A stretch of 64,000 nt of DNA from Glaucostegus cemiculus. Taxonomy: Eukaryota. Under the pieces are notes generated by a model. That model was not told where the DNA came from. It ran no database searches and was given only the letters and a program-made list of their open reading frames with translations. The translations under genes were made by a program, and so were the position numbers. Position 1 is the stretch's first letter; the number at the start of each line of letters is the position of its first letter. Where the stretch lies: contig CDPCPM010000014.1 in assembly GCA_976551045.1 (NCBI GenBank), forward strand, positions 15,190,001-15,254,000, written 5' to 3'. Positions 13,046-27,559 of this stretch are shown here, one piece after another.

Positions 13046-15557
13046 CAACAGGAGCACCACATGTTCAATGATTGTCAAGTAATCAACTCAGACAAGGCAG
13101 ATATCCAAATATATAAATATAAAAGCTGAAAAGAATTACTTTATTTTCTTGTAAACACTGACATTTGGATTAAGCTAAGATGTCATTTGAAAGATCTGGT
13201 TGAATGTGTCAAGTGTAGCTATCACTCCAATGAGTGATCCACTATGAGATGAGGTCAATAAATTTATAGAATGTTCCTCAGGTGGGTCTTTCCAAATCAT
13301 AGTGTTAATGTCTAGGAAATCACATTCCAATGCATTCTAAATTTCCAAAGTTTAAAGCTATGATACCTTCCACCAAGACCAAATAAGTCTCAGGTTAATT
13401 GAGATGCTACATAGTACAACAGTGCTAGTCCAATGACAGCCCAGCATGACAGTTTGCAGGACAAATAATTCTTCCAGTGTAAGTGGTAAATTAAAATTAA
13501 TTCTTTAAGTGCTTTACCCTTCATGAAGCAGGATCTATAATCATCCATGCCCATGGTGAATGAACTGCAACAGAACATTACTATTTCTATTTTGTTGGAT
13601 ACATTTATAATCGTCTTGCAATCTTACTTATTTATTAAAATAATATTACAAAAGACTTCTAGGATTTTTTGCTCCAGACAGTAGATTATGATGGCCATGC
13701 TCACTGTGATTTTCTTTCAGTGAGTAAACCAAAAACAAATTGTGTTATATTGAGCTCATATTACTCACTAATAATCAAGAAATGTTAACTATGGCCAGGG
13801 AAATTATTGTACCTGTTCCTAATAATTTAAAATAGGGCTCCATATCATGAATGGAATGGAGTAGGACAGCCATCATCTCTCTTGCTACTGCCTTGTCCTT
13901 GTGACCTGAAAAGGTTCATTTTTCAAAAGCAAATACAACAAGATGAAAGTAGTTGAAAAGAACCCAGTGCATTCAGAAGACTGGATAAAGTTGACCACAT
14001 GTGTAACTACAAAGGAAGATTTTGCAGTTTTATGGTGTTTCGTGTTGAGCAAATGGAGAAACTACTTTTGATACAGAAACCTCAGGGATATGGATTAACT
14101 TCAAACCCTTTGCAGATAGGATACTTCCTTAAATCAGCCTATTTATTTAAAATGTGCCTTTCGGGATTACATTTTGCGGCTGCACATAAATCTTATGCTT
14201 TCATATTATCTGTTGTCCCTCCATTGCCTTTAAAGTAAAGACTGAATTTGTGCAGTCTGTTCCAGCTGAAAGGCATATGTTAACCTCCTGCAGATTTTCA
14301 AAAGCAATCATAGTAAATTCAAACAGGTAAGTACTTTGCGAGGAGCTGCACCATTTCCCTGGTCATATATTCATCAGTACTTAAGTCACTGGTCGTATAG
14401 AATAAAGTTTGATATGTGGACTCAAAAAGCCCAATTACACTAAGAACGGAAGTGTTGGGAATTGTAAAGATTATTATTATGTGAATGACTTCTTCTTGTA
14501 TATGGCTGCAGCCACAACCATAAATTGAGTTGGATGTTCATAAGTCACTGTATGACCTTTCTGGAAAGGGAGTTTATCTCAAAGATAGCTCTAACAAATT
14601 TGTATCATAGGGAGGATGTCAGGATATTATTTTGTTATCACATTCACAGGCAGAGGAGGATTTAATTTCCTTCTTGTGCATTAAGTTCTCCATCGTTCAT
14701 GTCCCTTTTGGATCTTGTTTTGAGCTGTCCAAATATTTCATGGCTGTGGAAACCTGGGGAGTTTTGATACTAGGTCTTGAATACGTTTCTATCCAAACTA
14801 CTGTTCTTATCCACCAGAAAAACACCCAAAAAAAGCAGCAACAACTTTGTTTTGGTAAAGGTGATGTTTGACAAAAGAGAATTGAATATTTGAAAGACAG
14901 AATGGGCTACAAGTGAATGCGACAATAATCCTCCCCCGATGTTAAGCCCTACATCCAATTAAAACAGGGGCGTGCACTTGGTCCATGCTGCACTCTTGCT
15001 TTGTGGTATTTTATTGGATGCTTTTCAATCAGCCTGATAGACACTCATCCCAGTAACTGAGGGCATCATTAAGTGTAAAAGTTCAGTCAGTGGCTTGGGT
15101 TGTGTTTGGTGCCAACTAAACCATGGAAATTATCAAGAAGTTCATCTGGGGCCAGAGGACACCAGGGTAGATACCTGTCAAATTTTGTTATGTGTTCCTT
15201 TGTGGGACTGAGAGCGCAGGGATGTTGCTTAGTTCTTGTATCTTCCCTGCCCAAGGCTCCTGTGATCACTATGGACCACATAACTTCACCTGCTTTGTTT
15301 GTGGATCCTTGGCTATGGCTTCCCACCATGATCACCTAACCCCAACTGATGAATCAACTTCATTCATACAGGGTTCAATGGGGAATTGTCTGTAATTAAG
15401 GGCCAAATGTAAAATGGCCCAGACCTCAGATTGATGAGCCTGGACCTAGCCGCTGTGGATTCATGTTCACCATCAAAATCTACATAAACAGCACTTGAGG
15501 TAAGGGTCAAACCTATGTGGCTGGAGTTGTGAAATTCTGCCTGTGGCACCACTTGCC

Positions 15558-15650
15558 ATCCTGATGAAGGGTCATTGACCTGAATGGTTGAGTCTGTTTC
15601 TCTCTCAATAGAAGTTGCCCGACTTGCTAAGTGTTTGTGTCATTTTCTCC
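15558..15650 (+). mobile_element. PLE terminal-repeat fragment with degenerate hammerhead core
   Basis: CTGATGAAGGGTCATTGACCTGAAT then TGTTTCTCTCTC..GACTTGCTAAGT. Confidence 0.55.
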
Positions 15651-16029
15651 TCCAGATTGTGCTGAGATCTATTTAAACGTAATTCCACAATTACAACCAG
15701 TAGACTAATCCATGCTCACTACCAAACCCAAAGGGAGTTTGGCACGTTAAATGAAAACCCTGTAAAGTGTTGTTCTCACATAGAGTCCTTTTCTAGGAAA
15801 GTCCCCTAGATTATAAATCTCAGGCCTCAGCGATGTGAGCAAGCCTATCATCAGCAAGTTCTTATTTGCTTGTTTCTACTCTTTCAGTTGTTCTTTGACA
15901 CTTTTTGGGAGAGATCCGATAAAAGTGAGTGTTTTTTTTCTGCGGGAAGCAAAGAGCAAATGTTGCAGTATTACGATGACAGGTCACATAAACCTGTCTT
16001 GCATTCCACTGACAAAAAGAAACTGAAAA

Positions 16030-16400
16030 ATGGCCTGATCAAAGTATTTGGATTGTTAAAAGGAATTGATAGGGTACCTGGAAGCTATTTCCTCTGGTCA
16101 GAAAATCTAGAACAGAGGGACATAATAATCACAAAATTAGAGCTGGGCCCTTTCAAGAGGGAAGTTATCCATCCCTTTCTGCATAGAGGCATTAGAAAAC
16201 TGAAACTCACTCAGCTAGAGGGCAGTGGGTTGAAGGGTCAATTGGAGGTATCAGTTCTGAGTTAGAGTTAGATAAGAATATCAGGTGTATGAGCAAATGC
16301 TGATAAATGGAATTGAAGTATGAATTAGCCATAATCAAATTAAAGGGCACAACAGGCTTCAAGTTCTGAATTGCACTTTTTATTAATGTTTCTATGTTTA
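16030..16400 (+). mobile_element. Degenerate CR1 3' fragment
   Basis: LIKVFGLLKGIDRV remnant in ORF 15870-16265 and decayed CR1 tail. Confidence 0.6.
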
Positions 16401-17619
16401 TACAAACAACTTTATAAGTGGATGGGAAAACTGTGCATGCAATAAAAGCAAAAAAGCAATTAAATCTCTTTCAGCTTTTAAATTGGTGATATGTAAAAGG
16501 CTAGTATCAAGAAATCCTATCTTGTGGCACAAAGCTTTTACCAGTGAACAATGCAATTGATTCAAAATCAGATCACTCTACATGATTGGAAACATTATGT
16601 ATCAGCTTTGGACTTCTGAATTTTTGTTCCAGGTCCTCTGTGCATGTGACACATCTACAGATGGAGCCCACCTGGCATGTGTAATGCAATGATCAATTTT
16701 TATGGCCTTGGTGCACAACATTGTTCTATGCATGAAGCACACAAAGCAAGCAGTAACAAAGTATCGAGGCCTGCTTCAGCATTACTCAGTGAGGTTCCAA
16801 CCTTACTGCCAGGGAGTTCTAAGTCTACATCATCATCCACATTTGTTCTGTTTGAAATGTTTTTCCTAGCGATTGCTCTCTCCAATCAATGCTTCATCCC
16901 CAATCATTTCCCTAATACTTATACCCTCTCTATATCTCCCTAAAGGTTCCACACACCCTCCAACAAACACTCCACTATCATCTCCCTGCCACTTAACCAT
17001 CTACTGTGCATTTGACCACACTTCAAACCACCCTGTCCCTTCCTCCCTCAATCATCTCCCCTCATCCCATCATCATCCCCAAGCATCTCCCTACCCATGA
17101 TCTTTCCTCTGTCTATGAATTCTCTCTGTGCCCCATAATTCTTGACTCCACTGATTCCCTTCTTTCCTGCAAGTCACTGCATTCACAGGCTCAGTGATAA
17201 GAGATCTCTATGTGCATTTAACCTTAAAATGCCTGTCCTAGTATCCACAATACCATGCACCTCATATGTGACAGAAAATCACAGCTAGGGGATCCATACA
17301 AACCTATCCCAGAGTACAGACAGCACTGCTTTAATGTACAATTCAAAGTCCTGAATATTTGCAAAACTGAGAACCTAATCTTAGAACATGTGATGTGCAT
17401 CAAACTAGACTGGAAGGGAATGCAGTCACTTTCATCATGAGATTCGCAGTGATGGGGACAGAGCTATTGCCATTTTTCCACTAATTTCAATATCATTGGA
17501 TGCAAAACTTTTAGGTTATTAAAGAGCCAGCAGCCTGAAAATAATGCCTTATAATTTAAAGAAGTATTATGGTAAATAATGCCAAAAACTCCTCAAAAAT
17601 GCATGGGATGAATACCATA

Positions 17620-17715
17620 AACACAGAATACTATGGATGCTGAAAATAGTCAGCAGGTCAGGCAGCCTCTATGAAGAGAGAAACAGAGTTAACATTTCAA
17701 GTCATTGTCTTTTTG
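17620..17715. mobile_element. PLE terminal-repeat fragment
   Basis: CAGCAGGTCAGGCAGCCTCTATGAAGAGAGAAACAGAGTTAACATTTC. Confidence 0.6.
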
Positions 17716-19159
17716 AGCCAATGTAACATGATGGATTCAATATCAATTTGCACAATCAAGTATACACCACCAATGATACCAATCCTTGCTAAATGAAGGC
17801 TAGATGCTTAATGTCTCATTGTAATGAATCAAATTAGAATCCTGGTATTGAATAAAATTTGATTCAAATGGCACCAAACTCCTAAAGAATGATATAGCAA
17901 ATGGTTTCTATTGAGATCATAATATAGAAACTGGTGTCAGCCTGACTGTGCTCTTGAATTCCTGTATCCTAAGACCAATAAATAGGAGGACTAGATGAGC
18001 TTTGCCATTTTGTATCATCGGGAAATGGCTGGTGTGCTGATGCCAACTGTCTCCCAAGCGACAGAACATTGATTGTGAAGCAGGTGAAGATCAAGCTGCA
18101 AGGACAATACTGCAAAGAGTCTAGGAGCAAATGAATGACATCCACCAGCAGCCCGCAGTTTTAATATGGAGCCAATAAGAACAGCACATGCTACTGCTCA
18201 AAAAGTGAATGATAGTTGTCCATGTTATAGCTGATAACACCCAAATATTTGATCTTGATCTGTGATAAAGAGATTTGTCAGTTCTCAAAGCTCACTGAAG
18301 TTCTTAACAGCAGGAGCATTTTACTTATTAATATAGCAAAATAAATATTAGTGAGAAAGTTAATTTGGTCTAACTGATCTCATTCAGCAAAAAAGACCTG
18401 ACAATGCAAATGCACAGCCCTATGGTGAGACAGCAGTACTGGATAACACTGTATTCTGATTTTTTTTGTGCACAAAGTAGAATAATTAAGTGTATGTTTC
18501 AATGCTTTAAGTACTTTTGAGGGATTCAAATTACATTAGAAACCTGAAACCTTGAAATTTTTTTTTAGCCTTCTCGCCTTTGTATGAATGTTGCAGACTT
18601 GTAATGCATGATTTAAAACAAATGTTGTTTGGGTTAAATAATTGATACTCCTATGTTTTTATGTCATTTGTGGTTAGTGATAGCTTCTTTGCATTCCAAG
18701 GAGTTGCTTCTTCCTTCATCTATAATTGCTAAACAACTACATTGATAAGACAGGAAAGATGGAGCCAAACGGAGGAATATCAAATTTGTTTTTACTGTGT
18801 GTGAAAATTACCTTCTGGGTTACACTTTAAGTATGTTCTAGTTCATTCTTAGCATTATACACAGTCAAACAAACATGTCTAAAGAGATCAGAAGTTTTAA
18901 TGCATAACGCATTTCAGAATAGGATAATTTTATACCAGTATCACCCAACCTATTCTCCATCAACAAGAGAAAGTATAACTGCAAAATAGATGAATATTCT
19001 ACGTCAAATTTTTCCCTCATTAAGCCAGAACTTGCTGCTGGCAGTGAGCTGCCTTTTCTCACAGGCATGCATTACAATTGCAGACTTACCTTTTTTGGAT
19101 ATAGTGCTATCAATCTAGTATGAAAGCCAATTTAATGCAAAATGGTGGGTATTTTACAT

Positions 19160-19990
19160 TTGCTTTTTGGGCTTTGGTGCAAAGCCAATATATATTGCCC
19201 ATCTCTAGCTATCCTGAGAAGGTGGAGGTGAACCACTTTCTTGAACAGTCCTTTTGATGAAGGTACATTCACATTGTCATTAGGGAGGGAGTTCCAGGAT
19301 TTGGATTCAGTGCCAGTGAAGGAATGGTAATATAATTTGAAGACAAGATGTTGTTTGTATTGGAGAAGCGCCTATAAGTTTGAAGCTCATCCTTCTTGGT
19401 GGGAGTGGTCCTGGGTTTAGAAGGTGCTGTCAGGGTAGCATAGTGAGGAACCGCTGTTCATTTTGTAGATGGTGCATGTTGCAGCCACTGTGCACTGGTG
19501 ATGGTGTTGGAGGGGGAGCCAATCAAAACTGGTTGCTTTTTTTCTATATTGTGTCAAGTTTCTTGAGTATTATTGGAGATGCACTTATCCAGGCAATCGG
19601 AGAGTATTCCATCATAATCCTAACTTGTGCATTGTGGATGGTAGATAGGGAGTCATGAGGTGAGTCACTCACTACAGGATATACAACCTTGAGTTCCTTT
19701 TCAATGATGAACACCAGAATGTTGATGGTGAGAAACTTGGCAATGGTAATGCCACTGAATGTCAACTGCAGGTGGTTAAACTCTCCCTTGTTGAGATGGT
19801 CATTACCTGACACTTTTTTGCCATGAATGTTACTTGTTACTTATTAGTTCATGGGCATGAATGTTTTCAAGGTCTTGCTGCATGCAGGCATGGACTGCTT
19901 CCTTTGGTGAGAAGTTGTAAATGAAATTGATAATTGCACAGTCATCAGCAAACATCTCCTTCTGACCTGAGATGCTTCACTGTGGCAAAG
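19160..19990 (-). mobile_element. Old CR1/L2-group LINE 3' fragment
   Basis: ORF 19544-19813 LSTIHNAQVRIMMEYSPIAWISA; tail ATTGCCCATCTCTAG..TTCTTGAAC on + strand. Confidence 0.65.
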
Positions 19991-21859
19991 CCTTAAGTGG
20001 TGAGGAGAGGAGGATGGATAAAGCCTTGCACATGAACAGCTGGAAAAAAAACTTTGACAGCTGGATAGACTGCACCCTTGGTTTTGCTAACTCTTATAGC
20101 TTTTAAGGACTTTGAATGCTTCTGAATGTTCCTGACATTCAGCAACATTTGAAAACTATCAAAAATCAATAACAATATAACATTTAAATGATTAAATATG
20201 TTATAAATTTAAGTCACTTAGAAATATTTTAACCAATTACTGCAAACTCAATTAATTCAAAATTATATAAATTATCTTATGCTTGTGTATGTCTCTTGAG
20301 CCAATCCACTCTTCAAATGAAAGGACTCAAACTTGTGGCATAGTCACACACTCCACAGCGGGGTTCCATGTGGTCCCATGTAGAAGTATGGCTGGGAATT
20401 CCCAGCCAAATTCACCTAGCAAAATTGGCACTTCCATGTTCAAATGGGAGTCTCAAACCTCCTGATATGTGCTTGGATGTTTATGGGGGTGGATGGGGGT
20501 GAGGCAAGGAAGGAGGGGAAGCATGAGAATATATACTATACATTATTGCAGAAGTGACAGCATTTCCCAGCAAATTATACCTCATTAATTTCTATGGCAT
20601 GAAGCTTTTACTCTGTTTGTGTTGAGGTAGGGCTTCAAATTTGTCAAGGCAATGTTCCCAAGTGATGAGGCAGAGTGTTCTTAATGTTCATCCAAAGTGA
20701 GAGTCACAACGTCAAGCTAAATTTGGACTTTGAGGCTCTTCTGAATAATCTGGGCGATCTAATCCTCATGAATGAACTCTGGGCTTCTTGCTTTGTCCAC
20801 AATCCCCATAGATAAATGCATGGAGAGAGTAGCATCAATCAATGCTGGCTTTGGGCTTCAGCAGTGTTGTTACAGCAGGAGAAACTGCCCTTCTTGGTGC
20901 ATTCTGATCAGTGGGCCAAAATCATGAGCAAAACAGATATCAGGCCTGTTATTAGCTCATTGTATGGCCAAAGGCTTGTAGCAGTCAGCTGCAAGAATAT
21001 CTGAAAAATAGCTCAACCCAACATTAGCTCAGATATCTTTCAGGTGTCTTTGCAGCACAGGGCAACTGTCACTGAAATTGGCCCTTGTTGTACTGTTTTA
21101 ATTCTGTAAAATGGCTCCAATGACATCTTGTTTCTTGACTGAGATTTTTCCTTAGCTGCACCCTGGTAAAACAACCTGCTCTTTCATGTTTTAATCCTGC
21201 ATGCCAAAAGGCATAACTGCCTAATAAAGCCTGTTTGAACTTTTGCTTTCATTTAATAGTCTTTTTCAAATCTACTGAGATTTATTTTGTTTCAAAAAAT
21301 ATCTGTTAAAGTTACTCCCCGTTATTAATTACAATACAGAGAAAAATTTAATAAGATCCTTTCCTGTCAAAAGTAGGCATTTTGTCAGAAATTACACCTC
21401 CTATTGTTTATATGTTCAAGGGAGAGAGGTCTGTGTTTCCATTCTATCAATTAGAATAATTCCTAATACAAAATAATGTGCAGGATTTGCAATTTTGAAA
21501 TCAAATAATGCACGGGATATCAGATTACAGTATCAAGGAAGTTATAAATTCATCTAGTGGGTGAGGAATGGTAATAGATAACAGCCAGTGCTAAATCTTC
21601 ATATCAATCACAACAGCATCAAAGATCAGACATATGGTCAATCAATACCACAAAGGGTCAGACATATATACCCCACCAGGGATCTAACACATACTCACCT
21701 CCAGTATTAGCCAAAATCAAATACACATTCAGCAGAGAACATGTCAAGCTTCAATTCAATGTTTATTCAGCATCTTGAAATGGGTGTTTTGAAAATATAA
21801 TTTTAAAGTGAAATAAAAATTATGAATAGCATATTCACATACATTTAAATCATCATCTA

Positions 21860-22860
21860 ATTTAGGAACATAGGCAGAAAAGTAGACTATTAAACCCCTT
21901 GAGCCAGCTTTACTATTTAATTAGATCATGACTGATCTGTACCTCAACTTTATTTACCTGCTTTTGATCCCTTGGTACCACAACATAATAAAAATATAGT
22001 ACTTTTTATCCTCAGAATTGGAATTGAATCAGCACAGACATTTAAGGGCAATATTTCAGATTTCTGACATACTTGGCATGAAAAAGTGATTCTTGATTTT
22101 ACTCTATAATGGTCTCATTTTGATTACACCATTGTACCTTCTTATCCTCATTTCTCCCACTGGAAAAATTGTTTCGTTATTTATTGTATCAAATCCTTCT
22201 GTAATTTTAAACAACTCAGATCACCACCCACCTCACCCCATCCCACCACTCCACGTCACCTTTACAGTGCAGCACAGTGGTGCAGCCCCTCAGCTCTTGC
22301 GACCCAGGTTCAATTCTGACCACCAGTGTTGCCTTTATGTTTGCTCATTCTCCCTGTGACCACATCGGTTTCCCCAGATACTCTGGTTTCTTCCCATGCC
22401 CCAAAAATGTGTAAATTGGTAGGTGAGTGGTAGAATCTGGAGAGAGTAGATGAGACTATCAGGAGAATAAAATGGCATTAAGGTAAATGGCTACTTGATG
22501 GTCAGGGCTTGTTTCCATGCTTTATGACTATGATTCTAATACAGGATTAGATTATCCAACATGGCCTTAGACAGAACCACTGAAATCCTGGGGTCAGTCT
22601 GGTGAATTAGGACTGGACCGCCCTCCAAAGTAAAATTGCATCCTGAGGTACAGTGGTCACATGTGCTAAACCAGGAGGGTCCTGACCAAAGTTCTGCACA
22701 ATTGAAGGGAAACTTCCTCCCCTTTGTATTCCAACTCCCTTTCTGATCGCTTTTTATATCTGCACACTAACTTTTAGTGATTTGTTTACATCCAAATTCC
22801 ATAGCTCCTGCACAAAATTCTTGCTATTTTGAAAACATTCTGATTTTCCTTTCTTATCTA
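21860..22860 (-). mobile_element. Degenerate CR1 3' fragment split by a V-SINE
   Basis: CR1 tail pattern TTAGGAACATAGG..AGTAGAC..CCCTTGAGCC..AGATCATGACTGATCTG, resuming after 22520. Confidence 0.55.
22265..22515 (+). mobile_element. HE1/V-SINE copy
   Basis: GACCCAGGTTCAATTCTGAC B-box, V-domain TTCTCCCTGTGACCACATCGGTTTCC, tail TTGTTTCCATGCT..TGACTATG. Confidence 0.75.
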
Positions 22861-22984
22861 CATCACCCTCTACTCCTCATTCCTGAAGGTCACCTGCAAA
22901 GTTCAGTATATAGTTTTCCACTGCATCATTTGAGTCATGGAGATATATGATAAATAACTCAGGTGTCAATATATGCAAACATAT

Positions 22985-24290
22985 GACATAGGACCAAAGG
23001 CACACCATGGCCCTTTATGCCAGCTCTGCTAATCTATCATGGACAATCTTCTGACTCAACTATACCTTGCCACATTATTCCCATTTTTTTATTCTCTTAG
23101 TATCAAAAAGATTTGCTATATATCTGCCTTGTATATTCTCAGAAAATGAGCATCAATAGCTCTCTGGGGAAAGAATTTCAAAGATCCATTGTCCTACAGT
23201 GATTAAATTTCTCCTCATGACAATACCAAATAACCAAGCCCTTAATCTGAGTCTGTAAACCCCAGTTCAAGACTCCCCAGCCAGGGAAAACCTTCTCACT
23301 GCAGTTAACTACTCAAGTCCCTTATGAGTTTTTATGTGCTTCAACATGACCATCTTTTATTCTTCAAAACTTTAGGAAATATGGGATTGTGTCTACTCAA
23401 TCTCCACTGCTGACAATAATCTTGTCCTAGAAATCTAGCACACCTTCATGGTACTCTCTCAAAGGGAAAACATCCTTCCTTTGCTAGGGAGACAAAAATT
23501 TTACAAAGTTCTCCAAACTTGATATCACCAAAGACAGTGTTTGCTGTAACACTCCTTTACTCGTAATCCAAATTCTTCTGTAACAAAACCTGACATTCAT
23601 TTGTTTTTCTAATTGCTTGGGGTGTCCACATGTTGTTACTTTCTGAGCTTAATGTACAAGGGTCTCAGGTCCCTCTAAAAACCAATATTCCTGGTCTCTC
23701 ATCGCTTATAAAATATATTCCTTTTCCATAGTAGGCAATCACTTCATATTTCTCCACATTATACTCCACCTCCCATATAATGGTTCAGCCCCTTAATGTG
23801 CCTAAATCCCTTTGATGCATTTTTACATTCTCCTCAGAGATTACTTTCTCACCTAGATCTGAGTCAACAGCAACCTTGGATGCATGGCACCCAGTCTCCT
23901 TGTCTAAGTCATTGTTGTAGATTTTAAAAAAAAGATGAGGTTCAAGCATTGATTCTTGCAGTACCCCACTGTTTACAACCTGCCAATCCAGAAGTGACTC
24001 TGCTATTCCTAGATTCAGTTTTGTGTTAGTCATTCCTCAATCCACCTTAATGTATTACCACTAAAGCCATAAATCCTAAGTTTGCAAAAGAACATTTTAT
24101 GTGATACCTTATTGAATATTTTTTTAAAGTCAAAATAGAGAACATCCACTGATTCACCCCATCTGTCCTGCTGTTTAAACCCTCAAACTAATCTAACAGA
24201 CATATTAAATTTGATTTCCCTTTTATAAATCTGTCTTCACCCTGCCCAATTGTATTATAATTCATGAAATGCCTGTGAACACATGGTCCT
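22985..24290 (-). mobile_element. Degenerate CR1 LINE fragment (RT to tail)
   Basis: ORF 23785-24033 WQVVNSGVLQESMLEPHLF..NDLD..SKVAVD = decayed SGVPQGSVLGP/KFADD. Confidence 0.7.
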
Positions 24291-27267
24291 AACTGCACAA
24301 TAATCTACATGAAAAAAAGTGAATGAAGTATTAATCTAGAAATTTGTTGACCCCCTGTACTGGTGCTGAGATCATACAATCTTAAGCCACCTGCTGAGAA
24401 ACAGCATGATGAATATTGCAAGGAAGTACTACCAACTCTTTCCTATTTTCACTGCAGATGCTATTTTAGTGAGACTTCAGAATGTGGAACCATGTTATTG
24501 TTACAAGCAGGTGGATGCTCACATGTCTGTGCAAATTGGGATCCTATGTCATCTGTAGAACACCAATTTAATTTTGGTGCACTGATTTCCAGGAATGCTC
24601 TGCCTGTAATTAATTTTCATTGATTAGCCCAGCCAAAGAAAATTCTCTTTGCATGAATTGTCAATGCTCCGGTTAAGTGAAGAAACTCTGGCTGGGGCAT
24701 AACTGGCTGGGTCTCGGGCCTAAGAGCGCCTTAACAAGTGGAATGAAAAAATGTCTAGGTTAAAATAAAATAAGTACTGTAGAATTTGTGTCTTCTTATA
24801 TGTTCTTTGTCTACATGGCTCGCTTAACTCTCCTCCATCTGAACATTTCATTGTTTGAAGAAATCGTTCAGAAGTCTCTCCTGAGATTTGTTTTCTTGAT
24901 TGTGATCACACTTGCAAGATCCTCAGCCAATTGATCATGGATTAATCCTCCTGTGCAATTTTATTAGTACTATCTTAAACAAGCAACTGTGTTGGTAATT
25001 TTGTTCAATTTATTAATTTAGCTCTTGCACTTTAACGTGGTTCAGTGTCGTGAACTGAAAGCAAATTGAGATTGTTTCAGATTAGCCCAATAAAACAATT
25101 CCATTCCACCATCTGTTCCTTGACCCAATTTTTTCCCCAAAAAACAAAATATTAATTTGTTTTGCATTACTGTCAGATAACATGAAGGAAGTAAACTGTG
25201 TGAATGCAGCAGATATAACAAAGCAAGAGCTACAAATATGACCCACGATGGGAAACAGGTTAAGAATCATTGACTTGCTGCATGGCCTTTACCGTCGATT
25301 TATCAACATTAACAAAGATTGCGGTTTGTAACCATTCTCCTATGCACCATGTTACTAATATCCTAATATGTCCTTTTTTCTTAACTGTGGGAGTATGGGG
25401 TTAACTATCTCAGACTATAAAAAAAAGTGAATGAATTCAATAAAAAAAGTTTACAGAAGAAACCCAGGTAACTGGCAGTGCCATAAAAATGGAATGGAGA
25501 TGAGCTCATGCTTTTTTTGTTCAACTGAAATGATCTATTGTACAAATGTCCTCTCCCTGCATGGTACCACCTGCTATTAAACTGACAGAAGAAATACCAC
25601 CTGTAGACAATGAGTAATGTCTGTTTCATGCCTTGCCTAAAACAGTTGAAGATGGCGTATGGATTAGTTTAGTAACAGCAGTCTTCAGATTTTCAGGCAG
25701 AGCGTCTTCTTAAATTATATACCTCATACAACCTGGAAGGTCATTATGGCTCGTCATTTCTTTCTCGCTGGAACGTTTTAAAGGCAGATTAGTCACAGAT
25801 CGCAAATTCCAAGTTTTTATTGGTGAATGATACTCCTTAAAGTTACAGAGATTCTCCTGGGTATACAATTATTTTATACATCTGCTGCTGTTTTACCAAT
25901 GTGTTTGATGTTTCCCGTTTGCAGACCAGATATTTGTTTCACATCTTAATAGCAAAAAGAGACTGAATAATTTGCTAGTAATGTCAAACCAGTCACTTCC
26001 CTTACTTAGTAATAGACTAGCAATCTTAGTAAGTCGATTATTCTTAGAGTCATATGCATGAATGACAATTGGGATGTAACCAATTTGTTTCTTAGGGAGA
26101 ATGCTCAATGGTGTTTAAATAAGGAAGTCAGATGGAAGTTGGAATGTTTTAGACCTATTTTATTTTATTGAGATAACTGAATCCAAGCCTTGGAAGCTTA
26201 AGAAATAATCACAAGTATTGTATACATTCTTATGGAATTGATAGCAATGACAATGACTCAGTTTAGACAATGATAAATTAGTAAGTCTATTTTTGATCCC
26301 TTATTTTTGTAATACCTTCCTCCCTAGACTAAATCCTTCTACTTCCTACTTTGTCTTCTAGCCTTCTGTTCAGCTTTCTCACTATAGCCTCCAGGTAGCC
26401 TTCTAAACCTGCCCGCAGAACAGAAAACACCCCAGAAAAGTCAGCAGCAACATTATTACTCTGATTGATCTTCCTTAAGCTCTAATGGTATTTAGGAGTC
26501 AACCATTGTATCCTTCCCCTCTACTTTTCTGCTGTGGCACTCTCTGAGAATTATTTCACACGTATGACCCAATGTAACCTATCCTGATTTGACACCCGCG
26601 TTTCTTCCCATCTTTTACTCATGTTCAGAGGAAATTACTAATCATTTCTTCGTTATGTATCATTATTACCCATTACTATAAGGTTGATGCCCATATGCAG
26701 AGCAATGATACCAAGAATTAAATTTTTATCTTTTGGCTTTATAACCGCTTTTATGATGTTTGACTGCTTACCTGATGTCTTCATGGATGAGCTAAAATTT
26801 TACACAACTTACAATGGGAAGATTGAAGCTCTTCAATTCAATTCTTACCAATAGTTTCACACTCAAGTTTCATCTCCATATTTCACTTTAGCTGGGCCCA
26901 CCCTACAAATAACAACCAAAAATACAAATAATAACTACCTATCTCAGACAAGAACCTCATGACCCATACACTGTATTTCTGCCCATTCTTCCCCTGGTAA
27001 CAATGAAGCCATCTTCCATGACCTTTAAGCCTTTTCTAAGCCTGACTTTTGTTGTTCTATTGATGTGGATGACACTGGCAGGGCTGAAATTAGTTCCCAT
27101 TCTTATTTTAAAGGTAGTGTTGGACCTGTAACTTGAACTGCACCAATACGCTCCTTTCCTCTTCCCCCACATGCGTGTCCAAACTTCCTTCCTCTCCCTT
27201 CTAATTCACCATGCCTTGCTCATTCATTAAACCTGCCTACTGCAGAGTCAGCAAGGAAATTTTCCAT

Positions 27268-27470
27268 GTCACCCACTGACCCCTGTCTCATGACTCCCCC
27301 TCTCCTCTTTATACTGACTATCTTCCCTCCCTCCTGATGCAACATTTTGACCTGAAATATCAACAATTCCTTCCCCCCCCCCCCCCCAATGAATGCTGCT
27401 TGACCCGCTGAGTTCCTCCAACAAATTGTTTGTTGCTCCAGGTTCCAGCATCTGTAGTCTCTTGCATCTT
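27268..27470 (+). mobile_element. PLE terminal-repeat fragment
   Basis: CCTGATGC..GACCTGAAAT..TGCTGCTTGACCCGCTGAGTTCCTCCA..CCAGCATCTGTAGTCTCTTG. Confidence 0.65.
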
Positions 27471-27559
27471 TATTTTCTATTTCTACTGGTTTCCACTACT
27501 CATCTGTTTCTGATTCAGTGTGAACTTTTAAACCCTTCCCTCATTGTCTTCCTCTCACC

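Noticed and set aside
15561-15595. Other hammerhead-like cores (15561, 27334, 49093, 11965)
   Set aside because: Core CUGANGA or GAAA mutated or stem I lost; recorded only as decayed copies.
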